Shown: positions 55,589-64,000 of the stretch, piece after piece
Layout: every line of letters starts with the position of its first letter
Numbering within the stretch: position 1 is the stretch's first letter
NCBI GenBank assembly: GCA_001464695.1
Contig: LNDQ01000116.1
Location: 6,884 to 70,883, forward strand
Reading direction: 5' to 3'
Source: Betaproteobacteria bacterium Ga0077523
GTDB lineage: Bacteria > Pseudomonadota > Gammaproteobacteria > Burkholderiales > Ga0077523
DNA length: 64,000 bases
The notes under the pieces: model-generated
Databases searched by the model: none
Told to the model about the DNA's origin: nothing
The model's input: the letters and a program-made list of their open reading frames with translations, nothing else
Program-made: the position numbers and the translations under genes

Positions 55589-55939
55589 CAGACAATAATC
55601 TGCGATAGCCTCGATCACGCTGTCGGCTTCACCGATCGGCGTGGCGATCGTGACTTCGATGCTGCCGTGAGCTGAACGAATCGCGTCGGCGAGGCGCGGC
55701 AGATCCGACCGCACATGCCCCCCAGGGCCCAGAAAGAGCGGCACGATCTCGATGGCAGTTGCACCGCGTGTCACCAGACGCCGCGATGCTTCGATCACAT
55801 CCGGCGCAGTGTGCTCCAGGTACGCGTTCTCCACCGGCATCGCCGGTGCCCGAGCCACGATCTTGTCACGCAGTCGTTCGAACGGTGCCTTCCACGCTGG
55901 ATCGCGCGAACCGTGAGCGAGCAGCAGGATGGCGCGCAT
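55574..55939 (-). CDS. cbiX: Short-form CbiX/SirB sirohydrochlorin chelatase
   Basis: MRAILLLAHGSRDPAWKAPFERL..IEIVPLFLGPGGH. 121 aa. Its ATG overlaps the dusA stop (ATGA). The rest of ORF 55574..56725 runs antisense to dusA. Confidence 0.75.
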   Translation of the reverse strand: MRAILLLAHGSRDPAWKAPFERLRDKIVARAPAMPVENAYLEHTAPDVIEASRRLVTRGATAIEIVPLFLGPGGHVRSDLPRLADAIRSAHGSIEVTIATPIGEADSVIEAIADYCLERRG

Positions 55940-56955
55940 CAGGCGGTAGCGAGACGTTCGTCCGAGTTCGCCTTGTCGCTGCGGCTTTCGACGTGGGCGA
56001 GGGCTGCGCGAATCACGTCCGGTCCCGTGCCCGGACGATGCACCTGTTCGCTCAAAGTGCGGCGCCACAGGCGTGCCCCGGGTACCGCCTGATACAGACC
56101 CAGGATGTGTCGCGTCATCGCGGATACCGGCACGCCTTCGCGGTGGTGTGCGATGACGTAGGGCATGAAGCGCTCGATGACGTCCGCACGCGAAGCAACG
56201 GGCGCAGGCTCTCCGAACAGAACGGGATCGACCGATGCCAGCAGCCACGGGTTGTAGTACGCCTCGCGTCCCAGCATCACGCCGTCCACGTCGCGCAGTT
56301 GTTCGGCACACGCTTCGATGGTCGAGAGGCCGCCGTTGACGACGATCGTGAGTTCGGGGAAGTCGCGCTTCAGCGCATGCACCACCGGATAGCGCAATGG
56401 TGGAATCTCGCGATTCTCTTTCGGCGACAGGCCGTCGAGCCAGGCCTTGCGGGCGTGGATGATCAGCGTCCGGCAGCCGGTGGTGCGCACGGCTTCGACC
56501 AGCGTGTAGAGGCGGTCTGTGGTCTCGTCGCGGTCGATGCCGATGCGGGTCTTGACGGTGACGGGGATCGTCACCGCGGCGCGCATCGCGGCCACCCCTT
56601 CGGCGACCAGTGACGGCTCGGCCATGAGGCAGGCGCCGAATCGGCCCGATTGCACGCGGTCGCTCGGGCAGCCGACGTTGAGGTTCACCTCGTCGTAGCC
56701 GGCATCCTCGGCCATGCGGGCGCACGTGGCCAACTCGGCGGGGTCGCTGCCGCCCAGCTGGATGGCGACCGGGTGTTCGGATGGGTCGAAGGCCAGGAAC
56801 CGCTGGCGATCACCATGGATCAGCGCACCCGTCGTGATCATCTCCGTGTAGAGCCGCGTATGCCGGCTGAGCAGGCGCAGGAACGCGCGCGCATGACGAT
56901 CGGTGAGATCCATCATGGGGGCAACACAGAAGCGGTGGGGCGAAAAAGGCGTCAT
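55939..56955 (-). CDS. dusA: tRNA-dihydrouridine(20/20a) synthase DusA
   Basis: RFCVAPMMDLTDRHARAFLRLLSRHTRLYTEMITTGA..VNLNVGCPSDRV..HARKAWL, typical of DusA. ATG 56955. Confidence 0.9.
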   Translation of the reverse strand: MTPFSPHRFCVAPMMDLTDRHARAFLRLLSRHTRLYTEMITTGALIHGDRQRFLAFDPSEHPVAIQLGGSDPAELATCARMAEDAGYDEVNLNVGCPSDRVQSGRFGACLMAEPSLVAEGVAAMRAAVTIPVTVKTRIGIDRDETTDRLYTLVEAVRTTGCRTLIIHARKAWLDGLSPKENREIPPLRYPVVHALKRDFPELTIVVNGGLSTIEACAEQLRDVDGVMLGREAYYNPWLLASVDPVLFGEPAPVASRADVIERFMPYVIAHHREGVPVSAMTRHILGLYQAVPGARLWRRTLSEQVHRPGTGPDVIRAALAHVESRSDKANSDERLATA

Positions 56956-57117
56956 CGGGTCAGGGCGGCTGGCCGGGCGCGGATTATGGCAGAGCGGCGG
57001 CAAGCGGTGACTTGTGGACGCCGGGCGTCGCTCCAAGGGAGGCGGGCCAGTCCCCGGTCACGGCATTCTCGGCATACCTCTTGCCTCGCCCGAAGGCACT
57101 TTTCGGGAGATGCCGCC

Positions 57118-57855
57118 ATGCCCGTCGTCATAGCGCTGACCGTTCTGATCCAGGCTTTCTTCATCATCCACGTCTTTCGCGCGAGGCGGCCCTACTGGTG
57201 GGCCTTCATCATCCTGTCGGCGCCGGTCCTCGGCTGCGTCGTGTACTACTTCGTGGAAGTGTTCCCGGGATCGCGCGAGCACCGATCCGCCGACCGCTTC
57301 GCCCGCGATCTCGCACGCAGTTTCAATCCCACGAAGGCGTTGAACCGCCGGCTCGAAGCCCTGGAAACCAGTCCGACGGCAGCCAACAAGGTGGCAGCGG
57401 CCGAGGAATACATGCAGTGCGGCGGCTTCGACAAGGCGGCGGAACTCTATGAGAGCGCGCTGGAGGGCGTGCACGCGTCCGATCCGGACCTGTTGTTGGG
57501 CCTCGCCGGGGCGCAGCTCGAACTCGGCACCTATCGCGAGACGCTGCGTACGCTCGACCGGCTCGAAGCCACGAATGCCGGCTTCAAGGCCGAGGCGCGG
57601 CAGCTCCTTCGGGCCCGGGCCCACGAGGGGCTGGGAGAACACGATCGGGCAATCGCGATCTATGAACCGCTGGTCCAGGTTCTTGTCGGCCTCGAGGCAC
57701 GCTATCGCTACGCGGCGTTTCTGGGGCAGCTCGGTCACCGACAGCAGTCGCTTGCGACTTACCGGTCGCTGCTCGACCATGCCCGTCGCCATGGTATTTC
57801 GCTGGAAACGGAACGGCGGTGGGTCGAGAGCGCCCGCCGGGCAGTCGCGGCGTGA
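57118..57855 (+). CDS. PLDc_N (cardiolipin-synthase N-terminal-like) membrane domain plus TPR-like protein
   Basis: MPVVIALTVLIQAFFIIHVFRARRPYWWAFIILSAPVLGCVVYYFVEVFP (two TM), followed by helical TPR-like repeats. Confidence 0.65.
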   Translation: MPVVIALTVLIQAFFIIHVFRARRPYWWAFIILSAPVLGCVVYYFVEVFPGSREHRSADRFARDLARSFNPTKALNRRLEALETSPTAANKVAAAEEYMQCGGFDKAAELYESALEGVHASDPDLLLGLAGAQLELGTYRETLRTLDRLEATNAGFKAEARQLLRARAHEGLGEHDRAIAIYEPLVQVLVGLEARYRYAAFLGQLGHRQQSLATYRSLLDHARRHGISLETERRWVESARRAVAA

Positions 57856-57979
57856 GGTGACGGCACTTTGGTCCGGGTATCAAGAAACCTGCGGATCGGG
57901 CCGTTAGATGCAGCGTTGCCCGGCAGTTCGGCGCGACTCCTTTTCCTCTTGGCCACCCGATAAGATCCTTCCGTTACTC

Positions 57980-59083
57980 ATGCACGCCGTGAACGCACCA
58001 CCCGCACTAGTCCGATCTCCCGGTGCGGACGCGCCCGCCTGTCCCCGTTGCGAGACGCTGCCGCAGATCGAAGCGGGACCCGGAACGCTGTTCGTGAAGC
58101 CGCCGCTCGCCCATACGTTCGGCAAGGTGAAAGCCAACGCGCATGACGCAGGCCTGGCACCCGTCCGGGTCGGCGAGGTTCTCAGCGTGCGCATCGGCAG
58201 TGGACCCCTCGACACCGTGGTGGAGGCCCTGGGCCAGGGTCTCACGGTGGCAGAACGTCAGGACGTTCGCGTCCTGTTCCAGCGCGATGGCCGGGAATTG
58301 ACCATCGGCGACTACCTCGCGAGCGAGTCGCTGGAGGCGTTCTCGGCGCGCGTCGGCGCCGGCTGGCTGCGCGACATGCTCGCCGAGGAACGCATGACGG
58401 TGTTGTTCCAGCCCATCGTGCGCTGCACCCCGGATCACCCGGTGTTCGCCTACGAATGCCTCATGCGCGGCATCGATCCGTCCGGGGCGCTGATCTCGCC
58501 GGGGCGCATCCTCGCCACCGCCAGAAGCGCGGAGCTGCTCTTCCAGGTGGATCTCGCAGCGCGGCGCGCCGTCATCCGCGAAGCGGCGCGCTTGCAGATC
58601 GCGCTGCCGGTGTTCATCAACTTCACACCGACATCGATCTACGATCCCCACTTCTGCCTGCGCACCACGGTGAGCGCCATCCGGCAGGCCGGCATCCCCC
58701 CTGGCAATGTGGTGTTCGAGGTGATCGAAAGCGAACACGTACCCGACGTCGACCACCTGCGCAACATCATGGACTACTACCGCGCGCAGGGGTTCCGGAT
58801 CGCGCTCGATGACCTGGGTTCCGGGTACTCCTCGCTGAACATGCTGAGTGCACTGAAACCCGACTATGTGAAGCTCGACATGGGCCTGGTGCGCGGGGTG
58901 CACGCGGACCGGCACCAGGGCCTCATCGCCGCCAAGCTGCTGGAAGTGGCCAGGGAGTTGTCGATCACCAGCATCGCCGAGGGCGTCGAGACCGCCGAGG
59001 AGTTCGAGTGGTTGGTCAAACACGGCGCGGACCTCGTCCAGGGGTACTACTTCGCCCGGCCCGCGAACCCGCCGGCGCTTTGA
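57980..59083 (+). CDS. EAL-domain c-di-GMP phosphodiesterase with unassigned ~150-aa N-terminal domain
   Basis: The full catalytic motif set is present: FQPIV..FAYECLMR, FINFTP, VFEVIESE, ALDDLGSGYSSL, VKLDMGLV, AEGVET, VQGYYFARP. Confidence 0.8.
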   Translation: MHAVNAPPALVRSPGADAPACPRCETLPQIEAGPGTLFVKPPLAHTFGKVKANAHDAGLAPVRVGEVLSVRIGSGPLDTVVEALGQGLTVAERQDVRVLFQRDGRELTIGDYLASESLEAFSARVGAGWLRDMLAEERMTVLFQPIVRCTPDHPVFAYECLMRGIDPSGALISPGRILATARSAELLFQVDLAARRAVIREAARLQIALPVFINFTPTSIYDPHFCLRTTVSAIRQAGIPPGNVVFEVIESEHVPDVDHLRNIMDYYRAQGFRIALDDLGSGYSSLNMLSALKPDYVKLDMGLVRGVHADRHQGLIAAKLLEVARELSITSIAEGVETAEEFEWLVKHGADLVQGYYFARPANPPAL

Positions 59084-59155
59084 TTTCGGGGCCGGGGAAC
59101 CCTGACCGGTCCAGACCTCTCCAAGGCTAGTCTTCTACCGAGGAGTCTGGACATT

Positions 59156-60637
59156 ATGGAACGCAAGTTTGTTGCGATCGCCGTTACTGCGGCGTTCGTG
59201 GGCGGTCTCGCCCTTTCGGATCTCGTCGGGCAGTCGAGCCCGATTTCGTGGTCAGTCGCAGCCTCCCCGGCAGCGGAGTCCGCGCCAGCCGCTGCTCCTC
59301 TTGCCGCATTGCCGGACTTCAGCGAGCTGGTGGAACGGGAAGGTGCGGCTGTCGTGAACATCGCCGTATCCAAGAAGGTGGCGGCCAATGCACCACCTCA
59401 AGGTGATATCCCGCCCGGGATGGATCCGTTCGAGTTCTTCCGGCGCTTCGGCCCGCAGCGCCCGCCGCAACCCGGCGGCCCCGGGGGGCCCGGGGGCGAT
59501 GAGCCGGCCCGGCAGGGCAACGGTTCCGGGTTCATCGTGAGCCCCGATGGCTACATCCTCACCAATACGCACGTGGTCAAGGATGCCGACGAAGTCACGG
59601 TCACGTTGACCGATCGCCGGGAGTTCAAGGCGAAGGTGATCGGCACCGACGATCGCACCGACGTCTCGTTGATCAAGATCGAAGCCACCGGTCTGCCGGC
59701 GGTGCGCATCGGCGATCCGGCCAAAGTGAAGGTGGGCAACTGGGTGGCGGCGATCGGTTCACCCTTCGGTCTCGAGAACACCGTGACCGCCGGCATCGTG
59801 TCGGCCAAGTCGCGCACGTTGCCGAGTGATGCCTACGTGCCCTTCATCCAGACGGACGTGGCGGTGAATCCGGGCAACTCCGGCGGGCCGCTGTTCAACC
59901 TGTCCGGCGAAGTGGTCGGCATCAACTCGCAGATCTACAGCCGCACCGGCGGCTACATGGGGCTCTCGTTCGCGATCCCGATCGACGTCGCGATGAAAGT
60001 GAAGGACGACCTGCTCGCATTCGGCAAGGTGCAGCGCGGCCGCATTGGCGTCACGATCCAGCAGGTGAACAAGGAACTCGCCGGCAGCTTCGGGCTCGAT
60101 CGCGCCCGCGGTGCACTCGTGTCCGGAGTCGAAAAGGGCAGTCCGGCGGAAAGTGCGGGGCTCAAGGTCGGTGACGTCATCCTGGCGGTGGATGGCCGAG
60201 CGATCGAGCAGTCGACGGAATTGCCGCGCGTTATCGGCGAAGGCCGGCCGGGTACGGAAGTGAAGCTGGAAATCTGGCGCGATCACGCATCGAAGGTGGT
60301 GGGCATCAAGCTCGGCGAAGTGCCGAACCAGCAGGCGGCGATCGAGGCGCCGAAGGCGGTTGCGAAGCCGACTGCGCTGGGTCTCGTGGTGCGTCCCATC
60401 TCGCCGGAGGAGAAGCAGCGCCTCGGTAACGCCGAAGGTGGCGTCGTGGTCGAGCGTGCAGAAGGCGCTGCTGCGAAGGCCGGCATTCGACCCGGCGACG
60501 TGATTCTCTCGCTCAACAGCGAACCGGTGACCTCCGGCGACGCCCTGGAGAAGCTGGTCGCGAAATCGAAGGACCGCGTGGCGGTGCTGATCCAGCGCGA
60601 AGACACGCGCTTCTTCATTCCGGTGCCGATCATCTGA
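59156..60637 (+). CDS. Do-family periplasmic serine endoprotease (DegP/MucD-like), two PDZ domains
   Basis: Catalytic triad contexts TNTHVV, DVSLIKI, GNSGGPLFN, followed by two PDZ-like segments. Signal peptide present. Confidence 0.9.
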   Translation: MERKFVAIAVTAAFVGGLALSDLVGQSSPISWSVAASPAAESAPAAAPLAALPDFSELVEREGAAVVNIAVSKKVAANAPPQGDIPPGMDPFEFFRRFGPQRPPQPGGPGGPGGDEPARQGNGSGFIVSPDGYILTNTHVVKDADEVTVTLTDRREFKAKVIGTDDRTDVSLIKIEATGLPAVRIGDPAKVKVGNWVAAIGSPFGLENTVTAGIVSAKSRTLPSDAYVPFIQTDVAVNPGNSGGPLFNLSGEVVGINSQIYSRTGGYMGLSFAIPIDVAMKVKDDLLAFGKVQRGRIGVTIQQVNKELAGSFGLDRARGALVSGVEKGSPAESAGLKVGDVILAVDGRAIEQSTELPRVIGEGRPGTEVKLEIWRDHASKVVGIKLGEVPNQQAAIEAPKAVAKPTALGLVVRPISPEEKQRLGNAEGGVVVERAEGAAAKAGIRPGDVILSLNSEPVTSGDALEKLVAKSKDRVAVLIQREDTRFFIPVPII

Positions 60638-60659
60638 TCAGCGCTGTTCTGGGCGACGA

Positions 60660-60686
60660 GGGCCGCCTGCGGGCGGCCCGTTTTCG
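60660..60686 (+). terminator. Rho-independent terminator after the protease gene
   Basis: gggccgcc-tgc-gggcggccc followed by gttttcg. Confidence 0.7.
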
Positions 60687-60807
60687 TGGCGAGGTCGAAG
60701 TGTGAAGGCTTGACGGTGTTGCGACGGTAGTCGGTAGCGTCGCGCGGACTGGTATGCTTTCGGCATCGCGGATCGGCGGGAATGCCGATACGAAAGGCTG
60801 CCACGGC

Positions 60808-61818
60808 ATGACCCCGACCTCGCTTGCCACGCTCGGCCTGATCGCCCAGCGTGTGTTGGAGATGCATGGACTCGACGCAACGGCGATGCTGGCCCGGCAT
60901 GGCATCGACCGTGCGCTGCTCGATAATCCGGAGGCGAGGATTCCGTCGCGCGCCTGGGATGCGCTGGCGCGCGACGCCGCAGCCGCGATTCCGGACCCCG
61001 CATTCGGATTGCTCGCGGCCCGTTGCTGGCACCCGTCGAACCTCGGTGCCCTCGGCTACGCGTGGCTCACGAGTTCTACGTTGCGCACCGGGCTCGGGCG
61101 GGTCGTGCGCTACTGGCGGCTGCTGGGCGAGGCCTCCTCGACGCGTCTGGAGGAAGCGCCGGCCGGACTCACGTTCGTGCTGGCCCGGCAGGCGCAGGAC
61201 CCGGCTTCGGGAGCGGTCACGGTGGATTTCGTCACGTCGCTGCTGGTGGACATGTGCCGCATGAACGCCGGCTCATCGCTGCGGCCGCTGGCGGTACGCC
61301 TGCGGCGCGTGCGACCCGCGGATCATCAGGTGTACCGGCGATTCTTCGGTTGCACGGTGCACTTCGATGCCGACGAGGACAGCATCACCATCGCCCGCCG
61401 CGATGCCGATCGACAGCTGCCCACGTCGAACCGCCAGCTCGCGTGGACCCTCGATCGCATCCTGGCCGATCAGTTGGCACGCCTTGATCAGGACAACATC
61501 GTGGCGCGCTGCCAGGCCCAACTCTTCGAACAGTTGAGTTCCGGCGAGATGTCCGAGGATTCGATGGCGACCCAGCTCCACATGAGCCGCCGCACCCTCC
61601 AGCGCAAGCTCGCCGAGGCGGATCTCACCTATCAGAAGTTGGTGGACGACACGCGGCGCGATCTCGCGTTGCGACACCTCGAGAATCCACGGCACTCGTT
61701 GACCGACATCACTTTCCTGTTGGGGTTCTCGCAGCAGAGTGCATTCACGCGTGCATTCAAGCGCTGGACGGGCCTGTCGCCGGCCGAGTACCGCGCCCGG
61801 CGCAACTCACGCGCCTAG
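60808..61818 (+). CDS. AraC family transcriptional regulator (OruR/Arabinose_bd-type N-domain)
   Basis: C-terminal HTH ..LHMSRRTLQRKLAEADLTYQKLVDDTRRDLALRHL..SLTDITFLLGFSQQSAFTRAFKRWTGLSPAEYR. The start is 60808 or 60754. Confidence 0.85.
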   Translation: MTPTSLATLGLIAQRVLEMHGLDATAMLARHGIDRALLDNPEARIPSRAWDALARDAAAAIPDPAFGLLAARCWHPSNLGALGYAWLTSSTLRTGLGRVVRYWRLLGEASSTRLEEAPAGLTFVLARQAQDPASGAVTVDFVTSLLVDMCRMNAGSSLRPLAVRLRRVRPADHQVYRRFFGCTVHFDADEDSITIARRDADRQLPTSNRQLAWTLDRILADQLARLDQDNIVARCQAQLFEQLSSGEMSEDSMATQLHMSRRTLQRKLAEADLTYQKLVDDTRRDLALRHLENPRHSLTDITFLLGFSQQSAFTRAFKRWTGLSPAEYRARRNSRA

Positions 61819-61981
61819 AGCCGCCCACGCGGCGGCGTCGATCTGTCGCAAGCGGTCAAGCGATTGTCGCAGCGGGTCAAGCGCTCTCGGGCGCCGCAAG
61901 GGACACTGCGACTGCGACGATCCTGATCGAGGAGAGATTCCGGATGCGTTCGCGCCTCGCAACTCCACGGGAGCACGCAGG

Positions 61982-62233
61982 ATGCAATGCCGGGTGTTCA
62001 ATATCACGACGGGCCAGGAGGAGCAAACCACCGACCTGCTCGTGCTCGCGCGGGCTTACCACGCGGCATGGCGCTCGATGTTCGTCGCCGAGCCCGCCGG
62101 GTGGCACCGGATCTCGACGTTGGGCATCGTGCTCGACTTCGGACAGCGCGATGCGGATCCGAGCGTGGCGCCCGACGCAGACTCTGGATCACCCGCTCCC
62201 AAGTTCGGATCTGGAGAGCGTCATGGTGAATGA
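61982..62233 (+). CDS. Hypothetical small protein (83 aa)
   Basis: ORF from ATG 61982 (MQCRVFNITTGQEEQ..). No family recognised; weak coding evidence. Confidence 0.25.
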   Translation: MQCRVFNITTGQEEQTTDLLVLARAYHAAWRSMFVAEPAGWHRISTLGIVLDFGQRDADPSVAPDADSGSPAPKFGSGERHGE

Positions 62234-62235
62234 AG

Positions 62236-62289
62236 TCCCTCCGACAGGCCTGCGGCCTATCCTCCAAGGGGGCCAGCCCGCTTGGGTTG
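62236..62289. repeat. Diverged family C element
   Basis: tccctccgacaggcctgcggcctatcctccaagggggccagcccgcttgggttg aligns with the 25238-25309 core. Confidence 0.6.
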
Positions 62290-62297
62290 ACGTATGG

Positions 62298-62525
62298 ATG
62301 CGTATACGTCGATTTTTCGGCCTGAGCCGATCGACATCCGGGCTCGACCAGGTGCTCGCGGACTGGGACGCGGAAGAGCGCAGCGGTAGATCCCGGCCCG
62401 TCTTGCGGCGCGAACTGCTGCATCCCATGAAAGGATGGCGTGAAGAAGTGCGCGCGGGCGGGTCGAACGATGCGCATGCTCTGCGGAAGGGACGACTGCT
62501 GTCGTCCCGGACCGTGGTGAAGTGA
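62298..62525 (+). CDS. Hypothetical small basic protein (75 aa)
   Basis: ATG 62298 (MRIRRFFGLSRS..). Its stop overlaps the GTG of the next ORF (GTGA). Confidence 0.25.
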   Translation: MRIRRFFGLSRSTSGLDQVLADWDAEERSGRSRPVLRRELLHPMKGWREEVRAGGSNDAHALRKGRLLSSRTVVK

Positions 62526-62917
62526 TCCGGCACGCGGCTGCTTTCGTCATGGTCGGCACAGCAGGCTATCTCGCATTCGATGTCATGGGCGCTGTCGTGG
62601 CCGTGCTCGCATGGCCGGCTGTGCTGCTGATGTGGCACCGCATGCGCTGGGCGTCCGTCGTATGGCGATCCTCACCTGTCAGAGAGCCGGATACATCCGT
62701 CTACATGGATATCGAGGACATCATCGACTCTCTGGACGATGTGGCACGAGAACGCTCATGGGATTTCGCGAAGTGTCTCGCCGTTGCCCGTCTCGTCTGC
62801 GAGAACCGGACCACGGCGATCACGGAGCTCGAACAGCGCTACGATCGAGAACGACAGGCAGCGCTCGACGCATCCGGGTCGCGTGATCTTCCGGAACATG
62901 GGGGCGGTTCGCGCTGA
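62522..62917 (+). CDS. Hypothetical membrane protein (two N-terminal TM helices, acidic helical C-terminus)
   Basis: AAFVMVGTAGYLAFDVMGAVVAVLAWPAVLLMW, then DIEDIIDSLDDVARERSWDFAKCLAV.. No family recognised. Confidence 0.35.
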   Translation: MIRHAAAFVMVGTAGYLAFDVMGAVVAVLAWPAVLLMWHRMRWASVVWRSSPVREPDTSVYMDIEDIIDSLDDVARERSWDFAKCLAVARLVCENRTTAITELEQRYDRERQAALDASGSRDLPEHGGGSR

Positions 62918-62968
62918 GCGTCGCACGCCGGATCTGCACTGGCTCTGCGAGGGCAGGGCCGTTCAGCA

Positions 62969-64000
62969 TCACGCCATACGATTTCCGGCCCGCCACGTGG
63001 CCATGGGGACGGGTACACCGTCGAGCACTCGAACGCGCACCAGGTCGGCGCGCTGGCCGATCGCGATGGCGCCGCGATCTTCGAGGCCGACCATGCGGGC
63101 CGGGTTGAGCGAAGCGGTGGCGACGGCGCGCGCCAAGGACCAGCCCGCTTGTTCCTGCAGCAGGAAAGCGGCGTGCAGCAGCGCGTGCGGGACATAATCG
63201 GATGACAGTGCATCGAGCAGGTCGAGGCGCGCGAGGTCGAGAGCGGAGACGTTGCCGGAATGGGATCCGCCGCGCACCAGGTTCGGGGCACCCATGACGA
63301 TGCTCATGCCGTGCTCGCGGGCAGTGCGTGCCGCGATCTCGGTGGTGGGAAACTCCGCGATCGAGATGCCGGCCGCGATGCCGTCGTGAATATGCTCGAC
63401 GACGGTGTCGTCGTGGCTCGCGATGGCAAGGTGGCGAACGGTGCACAACGCGAGCAGTGCCTCGCGGTTGCGTTCGGCATTGCGATCGCGCATGTTCCGG
63501 CGCTCCGCGACCACTTCATTCAGGTACTCCTCGGTCCAGCGCTGGTTGCGCTGCGTGTAGATGCGGAACTTCTCGAGGTCCATCCACTGCCGCTGGCCGG
63601 GCGTATGGTCCATCAGCGACACCAGCCGCACGTGCGGATCGTCGATGAACTCGGCTGTCATGGCGAGCACGTTGTCGCACGGCAACTCGCAGCGCAGGTG
63701 CAGCCAGTGATCGGCACGCAGCAGGCCGGCCTCGCGGGCGTGGTTCAAGGCGGTGACCGCATCCTGCAAGCCCTGGGCGCGTAGCGCGCGGTCGTCGAAA
63801 TCACCGATGCCCATGGCGTCGAGCACGGTGGTGATGCCGGCGGCGGCGACCTGGCTGTCGTGGGTGAGCAGCGCCGACACGGCGGGCCAGCGCACGCCGG
63901 GGCGCGGCTCGAGGTGCTTCTCGAGATTGTCGGTATGGATCTCGACCAGGCCGGGCAGCAGGTAGTCGCCACGAAAGTCCTCGGCGCCGGGCGCGTTGGT
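62969..64000 (-). CDS. phnM: Alpha-D-ribose 1-methylphosphonate 5-triphosphate diphosphatase PhnM (N-terminus beyond window)
   Basis: The frame stays open to position 64000. ..LLPGLVEIHTDNLEKHLEPRPGVRWP..LHLRCELP..LVSLMDHTPGQRQ..IASHDD..EFPTT..MGAPNLVRGGSHSGNV..LSSDYVP parallels E. coli PhnM. Confidence 0.9.
   Translation of the reverse strand, partial: TNAPGAEDFRGDYLLPGLVEIHTDNLEKHLEPRPGVRWPAVSALLTHDSQVAAAGITTVLDAMGIGDFDDRALRAQGLQDAVTALNHAREAGLLRADHWLHLRCELPCDNVLAMTAEFIDDPHVRLVSLMDHTPGQRQWMDLEKFRIYTQRNQRWTEEYLNEVVAERRNMRDRNAERNREALLALCTVRHLAIASHDDTVVEHIHDGIAAGISIAEFPTTEIAARTAREHGMSIVMGAPNLVRGGSHSGNVSALDLARLDLLDALSSDYVPHALLHAAFLLQEQAGWSLARAVATASLNPARMVGLEDRGAIAIGQRADLVRVRVLDGVPVPMATWRAGNRMA

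Noticed and set aside
55574-56725. 383-aa ORF containing the CbiX sequence.
   Set aside because: Only the last 121 aa match CbiX. The upstream part is the Arg-rich antisense frame of dusA.

Overview
GC-rich (roughly two-thirds G+C) proteobacterial chromosomal segment. Gene content and order look betaproteobacterial (Burkholderiales/Rhodocyclales-like), but that is inference only. Most of the window is ordinary core metabolism. In order, it holds: an autotransporter plus a secreted Sel1/caspase-fold protein; an orphan ABC pair; an SDR; tRNA-Val; gltX with tRNA-Ala and tRNA-Glu; aldehyde and alcohol dehydrogenases; a DUF2339-DUF3999 pair; a PEP-CTERM protein with DUF1501/DUF1800; and a fused betaine-type binding-protein/permease with a methyltransferase. 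Next comes a TetR-controlled 10-gene uptake and catabolic cluster (Liv-type ABC, alpha/beta hydrolase, acyl-CoA ligase, E1 alpha/beta, free-standing lipoyl domain). After it are two CYTH/TTM-like proteins (one fused to Ppx/GppA), a degenerate EAL protein, osmC with a flavoprotein, cysB, a 1-Cys peroxiredoxin, a SufU-like scaffold and namZ. A complete sulfate assimilation block follows (yezD, OprO/P-type porin, sbp, cysTWA, cysI, DUF934, cysH, cysDN, cobA, cbiX). The window ends with dusA, a PLDc_N/TPR protein, an EAL protein, degP/mucD, an AraC regulator, three small unknown ORFs and a partial phnM. I saw no integrase, transposase, phage gene, CRISPR array or recognisable defence gene. At least four families of intergenic palindromic or tandem repeats are scattered through the window. 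The candidates for novelty are modest. The main ones are the CYTH-Ppx/CYTH/EAL trio, the coupled autotransporter-caspase pair, a split AcoC-like lipoyl/hydrolase arrangement, the DUF2339-DUF3999 pair, a duplicated tRNA-Glu 3' end flanking four palindromes, a 9-bp tandem array between cysA and cysI, and three coupled small ORFs near phnM. All family assignments come from reading motifs by eye, not from searches.
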